A stretch of DNA of 64,000 bases, taken from a phage. This document shows positions 22,748 through 31,938 of the stretch, piece by piece. The first letter of the stretch is position 1; each line of letters opens with the position of its first letter. Position numbers and translations under genes: made by a program. A model generated the notes under the pieces. The model was given only the letters and a program-made list of their open reading frames with translations, made no database searches and was not told where the DNA came from. The stretch lies in the sequence record PZ543597.1; one strand, 5' to 3'.

Positions 22748-23098
22748 ATGAAAGGTAATGTTTATTTAGTAGTTCATGATTTAACATTCTATTTTAATCA
22801 TAATGATACTGTTATTTCTGAACGTGTAATTAATTTGCTTTATCAGCATGCAGATTATGTTTATGTCGAAAACGAATATGGTCATTGGCAATTTCTCAAA
22901 AATCGTTCATTTGGTTTAGATGGTTACGAATATTTTGATCGTAAAGACCTTTTAGATACAATTCCGTTATCTACACAATATCAAAATCATAAGTCTTTAC
23001 ATAAATGCCGGCTAATTCGAAATGCTGAATCCGCGTATGAAGCAATTGATTTGTGGCGTAAACGCCGTGAATATATTGATTCTTTAAAAGAATATTAA
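22748..23098 (+). CDS. hypothetical protein
   Basis: 116-aa ORF with RBS gtgaggaaaat immediately after tRNA-Arg; AT-rich phage-like codon usage. Confidence 0.55.
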   Translation: MKGNVYLVVHDLTFYFNHNDTVISERVINLLYQHADYVYVENEYGHWQFLKNRSFGLDGYEYFDRKDLLDTIPLSTQYQNHKSLHKCRLIRNAESAYEAIDLWRKRREYIDSLKEY

Positions 23099-23099
23099 G

Positions 23100-23434
23100 A
23101 AACCGGGTCGCTACCGGTAAGTCGTCGGACTGATGTTCCCTGGAGTATAGTTTCCTCCCACAGTTTTACTGTGTTCTGGCTCTTTACTATCACAGCAGAA
23201 ACGGCGCACCGAATTATCGATTCGAGGAAATATCTTTGCCGTAAGCCGAGTAGCGTTTTTGACGGAACGTTCGGATATGGTCGAGATATGGCCTTTTAAA
23301 AATATTGAGTAGCGTCAACTACTTAATAACCGGGTTCGAATCCCGGCGTTTCGTACAAACACTTGCCTTAGCAGGTGGAACCCCGACAAGGTTGCCGCAA
23401 GGCTTAGCCCCGACCGAAAGGTTGGGGCTTTTTG
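23100..23434 (+). ncRNA. GC-rich structured non-coding segment, possible stable RNA (compare T4 rnaC/rnaD)
   Basis: About 330 nt with no ORF on either strand except a spurious N-terminal extension; GC content clearly above the local phage average; contains a tRNA-like T-arm ccggg-ttcgaat-cccgg and several hairpins; ends in an intrinsic terminator. Confidence 0.3.
23406..23434 (+). terminator. intrinsic terminator (copy 1 of a repeated hairpin)
   Basis: agccccgaccgaaaggttggggc followed by ttttt; identical to 23963-23990. Confidence 0.7.
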
Positions 23435-23435
23435 G

Positions 23436-23443
23436 TATAAATA
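23436..23443 (+). promoter_or_regulatory. T4-type late promoter (TATAAATA) for the downstream capsid-targeting-sequence gene
   Basis: Exact TATAAATA immediately 3' of the terminator hairpin, 39 nt upstream of the ATG at 23482. Confidence 0.55.
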
Positions 23444-23481
23444 TTAGTATATTAAATCTACAAATTAAAACAGGAAATAAG

Positions 23482-23955
23482 ATGAAATCATATACTCAAT
23501 TTTTAAATGAAGCGGTGTTAAATGAAGCATCTAGCACCGAAATTCAAGCTGTTGCAAAAGCTGCCATTGCCGCGGGTAAATATTCCTATAAAGATGCTTC
23601 TGATGAATCGCGATTCCAGTTTGCACGCGACATGAAAGCGGAAGGATTTACGGGAAATGCAGTTAGTATGGCCTGGAAAAGTTTAGTTGCTACTGGCGCT
23701 GCTTTTGCAAAGGCTTCGGGTAAACCTGCTCCTAAAGCAGATCCTAAAGCGGCACAAGAAAAAAATATCGTTAAAGGAATTATCGCTAAATATGAAGCTA
23801 TCCTTAAAGAGCTTTTAGTAATCAAAACCGAAGGCCAAAAGTTAGCCCGTGCTTATAGTTTCAAAGATAATCCACATGTTCACTCTCTTGAGTATGTTGA
23901 AGACATCCAAAAAATTATTAAAGACCGCATTTGGTCTGCTAAACAAATCAAATGA
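23482..23955 (+). CDS. internal-protein-like gene with capsid targeting sequence
   Basis: Starts MKSYTQFLNEA with RBS caggaaa; Ala/Lys-rich 157-aa product. The track ORF 23305-23955 extends upstream through a terminator hairpin and is rejected as the start. Confidence 0.6.
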   Translation: MKSYTQFLNEAVLNEASSTEIQAVAKAAIAAGKYSYKDASDESRFQFARDMKAEGFTGNAVSMAWKSLVATGAAFAKASGKPAPKADPKAAQEKNIVKGIIAKYEAILKELLVIKTEGQKLARAYSFKDNPHVHSLEYVEDIQKIIKDRIWSAKQIK

Positions 23956-23962
23956 CATTCTT

Positions 23963-23990
23963 AGCCCCGACCGAAAGGTTGGGGCTTTTT
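23963..23990 (+). terminator. intrinsic terminator (copy 2 of the repeated hairpin)
   Basis: Same agccccgaccgaaaggttggggc hairpin plus ttttt, directly after the stop at 23955. Confidence 0.7.
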
Positions 23991-24080
23991 AGTTTGAATC
24001 ACTCGGATAACGCTGTTACGGATAGTAACAAAGTAATAAATAATTAATAACCAACCGATAAATTATTTCAAGGATTTTAA

Positions 24081-24644
24081 ATGAAAACCTATGCCGAATT
24101 TTTAACCGAAGCAGCAAAATTACCATCTGAAGCAGATCTTACTAAAGTATTCTTCCAATTGGACCCAAAAGACCGCGGCGATTTTCTTAAGTGGAAAGCT
24201 AAAGCTATTGAAATGTACAACATCGATAATAGTTCTTTTACAATGAGTCAAGAAAATAAATTCAATAAAGCATTTTTCAAAATTTCTAAGAAATTGGCAT
24301 CTGGCGCTCAGGTTCCTAAATCTGTGTTAGCTACTCCTGAACGCGCACCTGTTAAAATTTCTAAGAATATGTTCGACACTAAAAAATACGTTAATGCTTT
24401 GAATAAAGCTCTTGATGCATTGGATGATGCAAAGAAGGCAGCCCGCGATCTTCAAGACGTGTACACCGATTTTGACCGCAAAACTAAAGGTTCTATTTCA
24501 AATAGCGAACGCAATAGTGTAAGTGTTTATTCTGATAGCCTTGATGTTCTTGGCGATGCGTATACTGAAATTAAAAATCGTATTAACACTGCATCTAAGC
24601 TAAAAGCTGCTGCAGAAGCTATAATAAGTAAACTAGGTAAATAA
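24081..24644 (+). CDS. internal-protein-like gene with capsid targeting sequence
   Basis: 187-aa ORF starting MKTYAEFLTEA with RBS aaggat; basic and Ala-rich, similar in size to T4 IpIII. Confidence 0.6.
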   Translation: MKTYAEFLTEAAKLPSEADLTKVFFQLDPKDRGDFLKWKAKAIEMYNIDNSSFTMSQENKFNKAFFKISKKLASGAQVPKSVLATPERAPVKISKNMFDTKKYVNALNKALDALDDAKKAARDLQDVYTDFDRKTKGSISNSERNSVSVYSDSLDVLGDAYTEIKNRINTASKLKAAAEAIISKLGK

Positions 24645-24651
24645 TTTTAAA

Positions 24652-24677
24652 TCCCTATCTAAATGATAGGGCTTTTT
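24652..24677 (+). terminator. intrinsic terminator
   Basis: Hairpin ccctatc-taaat-gataggg followed by ctttttgg. Confidence 0.6.
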
Positions 24678-24810
24678 GGTATCTAGGCCTTTCTGGACCT
24701 CTCTAGGCATCATTTAGTTTCTACCCTTTATAATATATTATCCTATCCTTTAACTGCCCCTTCCCTCCCTAGAATTCCCTAAAACTTTTTAAAATTTTTT
24801 CACAAAACTG

Positions 24811-24839
24811 TTTACATCCCCGTTCTTCCATGGTACTAT
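24811..24839 (+). promoter_or_regulatory. T4-type early promoter
   Basis: A/T-rich upstream region with ttcacaaaactg, -35 TTTACA, 17-bp spacer, -10 TACTAT. Confidence 0.65.
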
Positions 24840-24883
24840 ACAACTATCAACTACTGATACAGAAAAACAACTTGGAGAATGAA

Positions 24884-25147
24884 ATGGATAATTACGGCGA
24901 ACTGTTCAACTTCTTTATGAAATGCGTTTCAGAAGATTTCGGTCGTACAGTGAATGATATTAAAGTTATCGGTCCTGATCATCCGATGTTTGAAACTTAC
25001 GCAGTAATGGGTAATGAAGACGGTCAGTGGTATACTGTAAAAGTTGTGATTAACATGTTCACAGCAGAAGGTTATGTTAAACTGTCTTCTAAAGTTTATC
25101 ATGACAACGACGAAATCGCAGAAGAATATTTCAATAATATGAAATAA
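24884..25147 (+). CDS. hypothetical acidic protein
   Basis: 87 aa from an ATG preceded by ggagaatgaa; the track ORF begins further upstream inside the promoter. Confidence 0.5.
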   Translation: MDNYGELFNFFMKCVSEDFGRTVNDIKVIGPDHPMFETYAVMGNEDGQWYTVKVVINMFTAEGYVKLSSKVYHDNDEIAEEYFNNMK

Positions 25148-25148
25148 G

Positions 25149-25177
25149 TTTACACAGGCTCATGATTGAGATATTAT
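25149..25177 (+). promoter_or_regulatory. T4-type early promoter with embedded stem-loop
   Basis: -35 TTTACA, 17-bp spacer, -10 TATTAT; inverted repeat ggctcat/atgagcc brackets the -10. Confidence 0.6.
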
Positions 25178-25202
25178 GAGCCTATAATTTGAGGAAAATA
25201 TT

Positions 25203-25538
25203 ATGAAACGTAACTTTAGCAAAGATTTTTGCAATAGAAATGATTACCCTGAAGAGCTTTTTGAATCTAAGGACTTTAAAGAGTTTAATGAACGTTCTCA
25301 AAACATACCTGTACAATGGGTGTTAGATTATGCCAATCGTATCTTTGAAGGTGTGCGGGATATTTGTCCTGATGATGAAGCTCCTTATTTTAAAAAGGCT
25401 TGGGAACTCGCCAATCAAGCATATATCAATGCTTCAGAATCTTATAAAGGTACTGACGACGATTTTATTTTACTGGCTATTAACGATGCCATTGTCGAGT
25501 CCATCAACGTCTTTATCGACGAGCTAGACGAAGAATAA
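25203..25538 (+). CDS. hypothetical protein
   Basis: 111-aa ORF with RBS gaggaaaat. Confidence 0.55.
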   Translation: MKRNFSKDFCNRNDYPEELFESKDFKEFNERSQNIPVQWVLDYANRIFEGVRDICPDDEAPYFKKAWELANQAYINASESYKGTDDDFILLAINDAIVESINVFIDELDEE

Positions 25539-25539
25539 G

Positions 25540-25568
25540 TTTACAATCTATTAAAAACGTGATATTAT
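25540..25568 (+). promoter_or_regulatory. T4-type early promoter
   Basis: -35 TTTACA, 17-bp spacer, -10 TATTAT. Confidence 0.6.
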
Positions 25569-25595
25569 CTAATTGTATCAATCTAAGGAAATACT

Positions 25596-26189
25596 ATGAA
25601 CACACTGAAGAAAATTGTTGAGTTTATTCGCACTAAACTTGGTTCTGCTATGGCTAAAAATCTATCTGTTGAAGAACAGTATACTGCTGCAGCAGCAAAA
25701 CTACTTGATAAAATTAAAGATCTAAAAACTGCTTCTATTAAATCTATTAATGAAGAAAAACGTATTCGTGAACTTGTTATCGAAAAGAATCGACAGGCCG
25801 AATCAAAAGAGCGTGAAATTCGTAAACTTCTTTCCGAAGGTCAAGATGTAACAATGCATGCTAAACTCGGTTTACTATATCGCCGAACAGCTGAGCAGTT
25901 GACTACTAAAGCTGACGGTTATGCTGAAATGCGAATTGAAATCGCCAAGAAAGTAGTTGAGTTAGATGATGCTCGTCAAGAACTTGCAGTTAAATTGGAA
26001 TATATCCGTGAAACTCGTGCAGCAAATGCCCTTGGAATTAGTACTGCCGATGATGTAGTTGAAATCGCAGCGCTGACTAAGGTTGATATTGAAGATACCC
26101 TTGCTCGAGTTGAAACCTTTAACGGTAATATTTCCGGGGTTGAAACTACCTCTGCCGATGTCCAGGAATATATTAATTCTCTGAAATAA
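25596..26189 (+). CDS. hypothetical coiled-coil protein
   Basis: 197-aa ORF with RBS aaggaaa; predicted mostly helical with heptad character. Confidence 0.55.
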   Translation: MNTLKKIVEFIRTKLGSAMAKNLSVEEQYTAAAAKLLDKIKDLKTASIKSINEEKRIRELVIEKNRQAESKEREIRKLLSEGQDVTMHAKLGLLYRRTAEQLTTKADGYAEMRIEIAKKVVELDDARQELAVKLEYIRETRAANALGISTADDVVEIAALTKVDIEDTLARVETFNGNISGVETTSADVQEYINSLK

Positions 26190-26194
26190 TGATA

Positions 26195-26210
26195 AGGGGC
26201 TTCGGCCCCT
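26195..26210 (+). terminator. GC hairpin with UUCG loop (terminator or RNA stabiliser)
   Basis: aggggcttcggcccct directly after the stop codon; the downstream U-tract is weak. Confidence 0.45.
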
Positions 26211-26230
26211 ATTACTTGGAGTAAATAGGA

Positions 26231-26836
26231 ATGAAAATGCAAAGTGATTTCAATTCAATGTTTGAAGAGTTCCAAAGACAGGTTGATGTTCCAGATCAAT
26301 TATTAAATGCTCTTAAACGTATGGCAGAAGGACGTAATTACTATTGGGGGTCTTCATACGAAACTGATGAAAGTCTTTCTGGATTTTATAAAGGTAAAAA
26401 GTCTTTAATACGTCCTGGAATACTCATTAAAAGTATTGAATCAATTCATTCATTGACGTGTGATTTTGATGTTGAATTTACTGATTTCATTTCTCCTGAA
26501 TGGACAGTTTGTTATTTAAATGACGATTATGATTATCTTGGCGTTTATAGTTTAAGTGACGCATGGTTTAAACGTAATTTACAAAAGTCAAATTTGTTCT
26601 ATATTGATACTACGGTAAAATTTCAGGGAAAGAAATATTTCTTTACTCTTATAGTTGATTCTGAAACGAAGCATGAGAATAAACGTATTCTTAGTAAAAA
26701 GAATATCTTAACTATTGTTGATGATCTTTTTGATAAATTCGTAGAAAATCCCAATTTTGAAAGCGATTTATTACTAGAAAAATTTGTTAAGGAATGTAGA
26801 GAATATGTCAAAACCATCACTATACCTTCCAAGTAA
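26231..26836 (+). CDS. hypothetical protein, first member of a translationally coupled chain
   Basis: 201-aa ORF with RBS ggagtaaatagga; C-terminus FVKECREY overlaps the next gene's start. Confidence 0.55.
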   Translation: MKMQSDFNSMFEEFQRQVDVPDQLLNALKRMAEGRNYYWGSSYETDESLSGFYKGKKSLIRPGILIKSIESIHSLTCDFDVEFTDFISPEWTVCYLNDDYDYLGVYSLSDAWFKRNLQKSNLFYIDTTVKFQGKKYFFTLIVDSETKHENKRILSKKNILTIVDDLFDKFVENPNFESDLLLEKFVKECREYVKTITIPSK

Positions 26837-27197
26837 ACCGTTGAAGTATGAATTAAAGCGCCAGCTAATTCCTACTGATGTATTAATAGGTCCTGTTATA
26901 CTCATATCATTTGTAATTCTATTGATTATTGGAGGTGTTTTAGATGTTATGACTGATATTGATTCTGGCGAAATACTTGTGTTAATGCTAATTCTTCCAT
27001 TAATAGTTCCACTTTTATTAGTACCTGTAAATTGGGTAGGATACTGGTATCAAGGAAGACATTATCGTAAACGTGTACGCGAATGGAAAGCTCAGTGTAA
27101 AAAGATTAAAAAGGAACACCAGTTTAAACTTGCCGCGTATGAATTTGATGAAATTATGAAATTTGTTAAGGAATCACGATGCAAAAGCCAAAACTAA
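26805..27197 (+). CDS. small membrane protein (coupled chain member)
   Basis: 130 aa from ATG 26805 (MSKPSLYLPSK); hydrophobic core, basic tail, C-terminal FVKESRCK. Confidence 0.5.
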   Translation: MSKPSLYLPSKPLKYELKRQLIPTDVLIGPVILISFVILLIIGGVLDVMTDIDSGEILVLMLILPLIVPLLLVPVNWVGYWYQGRHYRKRVREWKAQCKKIKKEHQFKLAAYEFDEIMKFVKESRCKSQN

Positions 27198-27541
27198 ATA
27201 AAGTCAAATATTCGTTTTCTGAGTCATTTTTAATTTTTGCTGTGGCGTTGGCTGCAGCTCTTGCGGGTAGTCTTTTTGGATTGTTAATTGACTGTCTTAT
27301 TTTAAACATTGACGGCACAGTAAATATAATAGAAGTTTGGAGTGAACTTCACTATACCAAAATTATTTCATTGTTTTCATTTTTTGGTATTATATTATAT
27401 TTTCATTATGATAATTTTAAAATAAATTGGCAAAGAAAAAAGGATTACAAAATACAATTAAAGGAATATAATAACTACATGTCTTATATTGAAAATGAAT
27501 CAATGAAAGAGTTTGTGAGTGATTGCAGGAAAATCAAATGA
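27179..27541 (+). CDS. small membrane protein (coupled chain member)
   Basis: 120-aa ORF with two hydrophobic segments and C-terminal FVSDCRKIK; the start overlaps the previous gene's 3' end. Confidence 0.5.
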   Translation: MQKPKLNKVKYSFSESFLIFAVALAAALAGSLFGLLIDCLILNIDGTVNIIEVWSELHYTKIISLFSFFGIILYFHYDNFKINWQRKKDYKIQLKEYNNYMSYIENESMKEFVSDCRKIK

Positions 27542-28026
27542 TTTTAAAAACTCGCTGGTATGATTTAGATGATGGGGACGATAGCATTTCAGTTGATAGA
27601 GTTGACTGGAATGGCTGTTCCGAAGATATGAAAAATTTGCTGATTAGGGAGTTTAGAATGGGATATCAACCAGTTAAGCCATCTACTGCAACAGATGATA
27701 AATTCGTGTGTATTCATAATGGTCGCGCTAAATTAACGAACGCTGATTGGTTCACAGATAAAATTATGATTCTGTGGTACATTATTAGTTTTCCTGTGAC
27801 ATCATTTGTATTTTGCTTCTTTGGAGAAAGTCCAGTAGGCAGAACGGGAGATTGGATTCTTTTAATCATACTTGTTAATATTTTTACAGCAGCAGTACTA
27901 TCAGGAATATGGTGCGTGTTCATTGAAATGCCATGGCGTTTACGTAGGCAGCAAAAGATTTTTGATGAAAAGAAATATACTCAAAATTTAAATAACTTTA
28001 TCACTGAATGCAGGAAATTAAAATGA
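27538..28026 (+). CDS. small membrane protein (coupled chain member)
   Basis: 162 aa from ATG 27538 (MILKTRWYDL); hydrophobic segments; C-terminal FITECRKLK. Confidence 0.5.
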   Translation: MILKTRWYDLDDGDDSISVDRVDWNGCSEDMKNLLIREFRMGYQPVKPSTATDDKFVCIHNGRAKLTNADWFTDKIMILWYIISFPVTSFVFCFFGESPVGRTGDWILLIILVNIFTAAVLSGIWCVFIEMPWRLRRQQKIFDEKKYTQNLNNFITECRKLK

Positions 28027-28463
28027 AAACATTATCAGCTGGTATTATCTTTATGACAGAAGATAAAGATTTATTCATGGGACGGGTTACTGGTTCTCGT
28101 AAGCCTGGAATGATGGCACATCGCTGGGATATTCCAAAGGGCCGTGTAGAAAATTCTGATTTAAACGCACTAGATGCAGCACGAAGAGAATGTTTAGAAG
28201 AGACTGGTTTTAGCAATTATAATCCAGACCTTCTAGAAGACCTAGGTGTATTTAAATATTCTAGTAATAAAGACTTACAGTTATTTTATTATACGATTCC
28301 AGTAGAGCATGAGATGTTTAGAAATTGCCATTGCGAGTCTTATTTTGAAAATAAAGATGGTGTTATGATTCCAGAGATGGATGCTTTTGCTCTTATTCCT
28401 CGTACTCAGTGGCAATATGTGATGGGTCCTTCACTTTACCGAATAATGAACAGCCTCTTTTAA
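28023..28463 (+). CDS. nudE: Nudix hydrolase
   Basis: Nudix box GRVENSDLNALDAARRECLEETGF; ATGA overlap with the upstream gene; sits immediately upstream of e as T4 nudE (e.1) does. Confidence 0.8.
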   Translation: MKTLSAGIIFMTEDKDLFMGRVTGSRKPGMMAHRWDIPKGRVENSDLNALDAARRECLEETGFSNYNPDLLEDLGVFKYSSNKDLQLFYYTIPVEHEMFRNCHCESYFENKDGVMIPEMDAFALIPRTQWQYVMGPSLYRIMNSLF

Positions 28464-29266
<803 letters not shown>

Positions 29267-29270
29267 TGTT

Positions 29271-29299
29271 TACTTCCTCCAAGGACTTTGATACTATAC
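29271..29299 (+). promoter_or_regulatory. T4-type early promoter upstream of denV
   Basis: -35 TTTACT, 17-bp spacer, -10 TACTAT. Confidence 0.6.
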
Positions 29300-29324
29300 A
29301 TTCATCAACTACTTGGAGGAAATT

Positions 29325-29741
29325 ATGACTCGTATCAATTTAACACTTGTTTCTGAACTGACCGACCAACATCTTATGGCTGAGTATCGTGAATTGCCAC
29401 GTGTTTTTGGTATAGTTCGTAAGCATGTGGCAAACGGTAAGCGCGCTAAAGATTTTAAAATATCTTCTAAATTTATTTTAGGTTCTGGTCATGTTACTTT
29501 CTTTTACGATAAGTTAGAATTTTTGCGAAAGCGTCAATCGGACATTATAACGGAATGCTTAAAACGCGGGTTCAGTATAAAAGATACTGAAGTTCCTGAC
29601 ATCAGCGATATTCCAGTAGAATGGAAAAATGATTATAATCCATGCAAATCAGCTATTAAGTTGAGTCAACAACGACTCGATGAAAAAATTTTAATGAAGC
29701 CACACTGGTATAAGTATTACGGCAAAAATATTTACATTTAA
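29325..29741 (+). CDS. denV: endonuclease V (pyrimidine-dimer DNA glycosylase)
   Basis: 138 aa from [12 protein letters not shown]...; matches T4 EndoV as recalled; RBS ggagga. Confidence 0.95.
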   Translation: MTRINLTLVSELTDQHLMAEYRELPRVFGIVRKHVANGKRAKDFKISSKFILGSGHVTFFYDKLEFLRKRQSDIITECLKRGFSIKDTEVPDISDIPVEWKNDYNPCKSAIKLSQQRLDEKILMKPHWYKYYGKNIYI

Positions 29742-29886
29742 ATAACATGGGAATAACCTGGACCTCATGATTCTATGAGGGATTCCCGCCAACCTGTAAT
29801 AAGGTCGAGCCCAAGTGCGGTAATGGGTAAATACAGAAATGGACAATTCATGCGCCATGGAATGGCCCAAATTTAGAGAGAATAAA

Positions 29887-30426
29887 ATGAGAACATTTTT
29901 AACTGGTCCTTATCTATCCCTGATGAATGCTTTTACACACCATTCTGATGCTAGAGTAGAAGAAATTTGTAAAAACGAATATATCCCACCATTTGAAGAC
30001 TTACTTAAGCAGTATTGCACACTTCGACTAGACGGTGGACGTCAATCCGGTAAATCAACTGCTGTGACTAACTTTGCTGCTAATTGGCTGTATGACGGTG
30101 GAACAGTTATTGTTCTTTCTAATACTTCAGCTTACGCTAAAATTTCTGCAGGCCACATTAAAAAAGAATTTTCTCGTTATTCTAGTGATGATATTCGATT
30201 CCGCTTATTTACTGATTCTGTCCGTAGTTTTATCGGTAATAAAGGAAGCAAGTTCAGAGGTTTATCTCTTTCGCGAATTTTGTATATAATCGATGAGCCT
30301 GTTAAATCTCCTGATATGGATAAAATTTACGATATTCATATTGAAACTGTGCAACACTGCTGTAATAGTAAATGCTGCATTGGCGGTATTACTCGTCCGC
30401 AGTTTTTCGTAATTGGAATGCAATGA
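29887..30426 (+). CDS. small P-loop NTPase
   Basis: Walker A GGRQSGKST and Walker B-like ILYIIDEP; start set at the ATG after gagaga. Confidence 0.55.
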   Translation: MRTFLTGPYLSLMNAFTHHSDARVEEICKNEYIPPFEDLLKQYCTLRLDGGRQSGKSTAVTNFAANWLYDGGTVIVLSNTSAYAKISAGHIKKEFSRYSSDDIRFRLFTDSVRSFIGNKGSKFRGLSLSRILYIIDEPVKSPDMDKIYDIHIETVQHCCNSKCCIGGITRPQFFVIGMQ

Positions 30427-30752
30427 TGACAGATACGCAACTTTTCGAATATCTTTATTTTTCGCCAAAAACTATTAAAAATAAATTGGTGAATCATTTT
30501 GAAATTTTGGCAAATAACAACGTCTTGAGCGAATTTTATCCCAAGCAATACAAATTACAAAAAGGTGTATTCAAAGGATGCAGAGTTTTGTGCACTGCTC
30601 CTAATGCAAGATTAATGAATAAAATTCCATATTTTACCATGGAATTTATTGATGGACCATTTAAAGGATTAATTACTCAAAGTTTAATGGCATATGATTC
30701 TGAGCCATTTTTAATTAAAGAACAGTCTTGGATAAATTTATTTTCTAATTGA
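30423..30752 (+). CDS. hypothetical protein
   Basis: 109 aa from an ATG overlapping the upstream stop (ATGATGA). Confidence 0.5.
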   Translation: MMTDTQLFEYLYFSPKTIKNKLVNHFEILANNNVLSEFYPKQYKLQKGVFKGCRVLCTAPNARLMNKIPYFTMEFIDGPFKGLITQSLMAYDSEPFLIKEQSWINLFSN

Positions 30753-30758
30753 GGTTAT

Positions 30759-31121
30759 ATGAAAGCATATCAAATTCTTGAAGGCACGCATAAAGGTACT
30801 ATTTATTTTGAAGATGGTATTCAAGCACGAATTATTGTTTCTAAAACCTTTAAAGAGGACTCTTTTGTAGACCCAGAAATTTTCTACGGTTTGCATGCCC
30901 GTGAAATTGAAATTGAACCACAGCCTACAGTTAAAATTGAAGGTGGTCAACACCTGAACGTTAACGTTCTGCGTCGTGAAACTCTGGAAGATGCAGTTAA
31001 GCATCCGGAAAAATATCCGCAGCTGACCATCCGTGTATCCGGTTATGCAGTTCGCTTTAACTCTCTGACTCCGGAACAGCAGCGCGACGTTATCGCTCGT
31101 ACCTTTACTGAGAGCTTGTAA
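30759..31121 (+). CDS. grcA: autonomous glycyl-radical cofactor (GrcA/YfiD-like)
   Basis: C-terminal 60 aa ([60 protein letters not shown]) match E. coli GrcA as recalled, including the RVSGY radical glycine; corresponds to the T4 Y06I family. Confidence 0.9.
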   Translation: MKAYQILEGTHKGTIYFEDGIQARIIVSKTFKEDSFVDPEIFYGLHAREIEIEPQPTVKIEGGQHLNVNVLRRETLEDAVKHPEKYPQLTIRVSGYAVRFNSLTPEQQRDVIARTFTESL

Positions 31122-31342
31122 TGGCAAAGATAATTATTGAAGGTTCTAAAGATGTGTTAAATGCTTTCGCAGAATGGTTTAGTAATTCAGGCGAACAGCA
31201 ATTTAATGAAGCGTGGAATATGGGTGATATTAGTGGAATTTATCCTACGACAGAAATTTCTGTTCAGGGATATGGCATTCATGAACCTATTCGTTTAGTT
31301 GAATATGATTTGGGAACGGGCGAGGAAGTCAAATATGATTGA
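31121..31342 (+). CDS. hypothetical protein
   Basis: 73-aa ORF, TAATG-coupled to the GrcA-like gene. Confidence 0.5.
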   Translation: MAKIIIEGSKDVLNAFAEWFSNSGEQQFNEAWNMGDISGIYPTTEISVQGYGIHEPIRLVEYDLGTGEEVKYD

Positions 31343-31601
31343 AGATATTAAAGGTTATAAGCCGCACACTGAAGAGAAAATCGATAAAGTGAATGCTATC
31401 AAAGACGCTGAAGTTCGTTTAGGACTTATCTTTGATGCTTTATATGATGAATTCTGGGAAGCACTAGATAATTGTGAAGACTGTGAATTCGCGAAGAATT
31501 ATGCTGAAAGCCTCGATCAGTTAACTATTGCTAAAACGAAACTCAAAGAATCCAGTATGTGGGCTTGTCGTGCAGTGTTCAAACCAGAGGAAAAATACTA
31601 A
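31335..31601 (+). CDS. small acidic protein at the vs.4 position (candidate Acb2-type cyclic-dinucleotide sponge)
   Basis: 88 aa from [24 protein letters not shown]...; second gene upstream of regB. The Acb2 = T4 Vs.4 link is from literature memory, not a search. Confidence 0.5.
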   Translation: MIEDIKGYKPHTEEKIDKVNAIKDAEVRLGLIFDALYDEFWEALDNCEDCEFAKNYAESLDQLTIAKTKLKESSMWACRAVFKPEEKY

Positions 31602-31879
31602 TGACTCAATTAAGCGCAGGGTTTGGTTATGAGTATTATACTGCCCCTCGTCGTGTATCTGTTGCTCCTAAGAAAATTCAAAGTCTTGATGATTTCCAGG
31701 AAGTAGTCCGTAACGCTTTCCAGGACTATGCACGCTATCTTAAAGAAGATTCACAGGACTGTCTCGAAGAAGATGAAATTGCTTACTATACGCAGCGTCT
31801 TGAACAGCTCAAAAATCTACATGAGGTTCGTGCCGAAGTTTCAAAGTCTATGAATAAATTGATTAGATTTAAAGAATAA
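31601..31879 (+). CDS. hypothetical protein (vs.3 position)
   Basis: 92 aa from an ATG overlapping the upstream stop. Confidence 0.5.
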   Translation: MTQLSAGFGYEYYTAPRRVSVAPKKIQSLDDFQEVVRNAFQDYARYLKEDSQDCLEEDEIAYYTQRLEQLKNLHEVRAEVSKSMNKLIRFKE

Positions 31880-31882
31880 CTG

Positions 31883-31911
31883 TTTACTTTTCCTCTTGAC
31901 TGTGGTATAAT
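31883..31911 (+). promoter_or_regulatory. T4-type early promoter upstream of regB
   Basis: -35 TTTACT, 17-bp spacer, TG-extended -10 TATAAT. Confidence 0.7.
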
Positions 31912-31938
31912 TTTTCTATCAGTTAAGAGGAGAATAAC

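Noticed and set aside
23305-23481. N-terminal 59 codons of the track ORF 23305-23955
   Set aside because: This extension reads through the GC-rich non-coding segment and the terminator hairpin and has no RBS; the real gene starts at ATG 23482 (MKSYTQFLNEA) behind a late promoter.
30950-31115. Host-like GC-rich segment considered as bacterial contamination or a chimeric assembly
   Set aside because: The segment is in frame within a phage ORF that has a phage-type 5' half and RBS and is translationally coupled (TAATG) to the next phage gene, so it is an integrated, expressed part of the genome.
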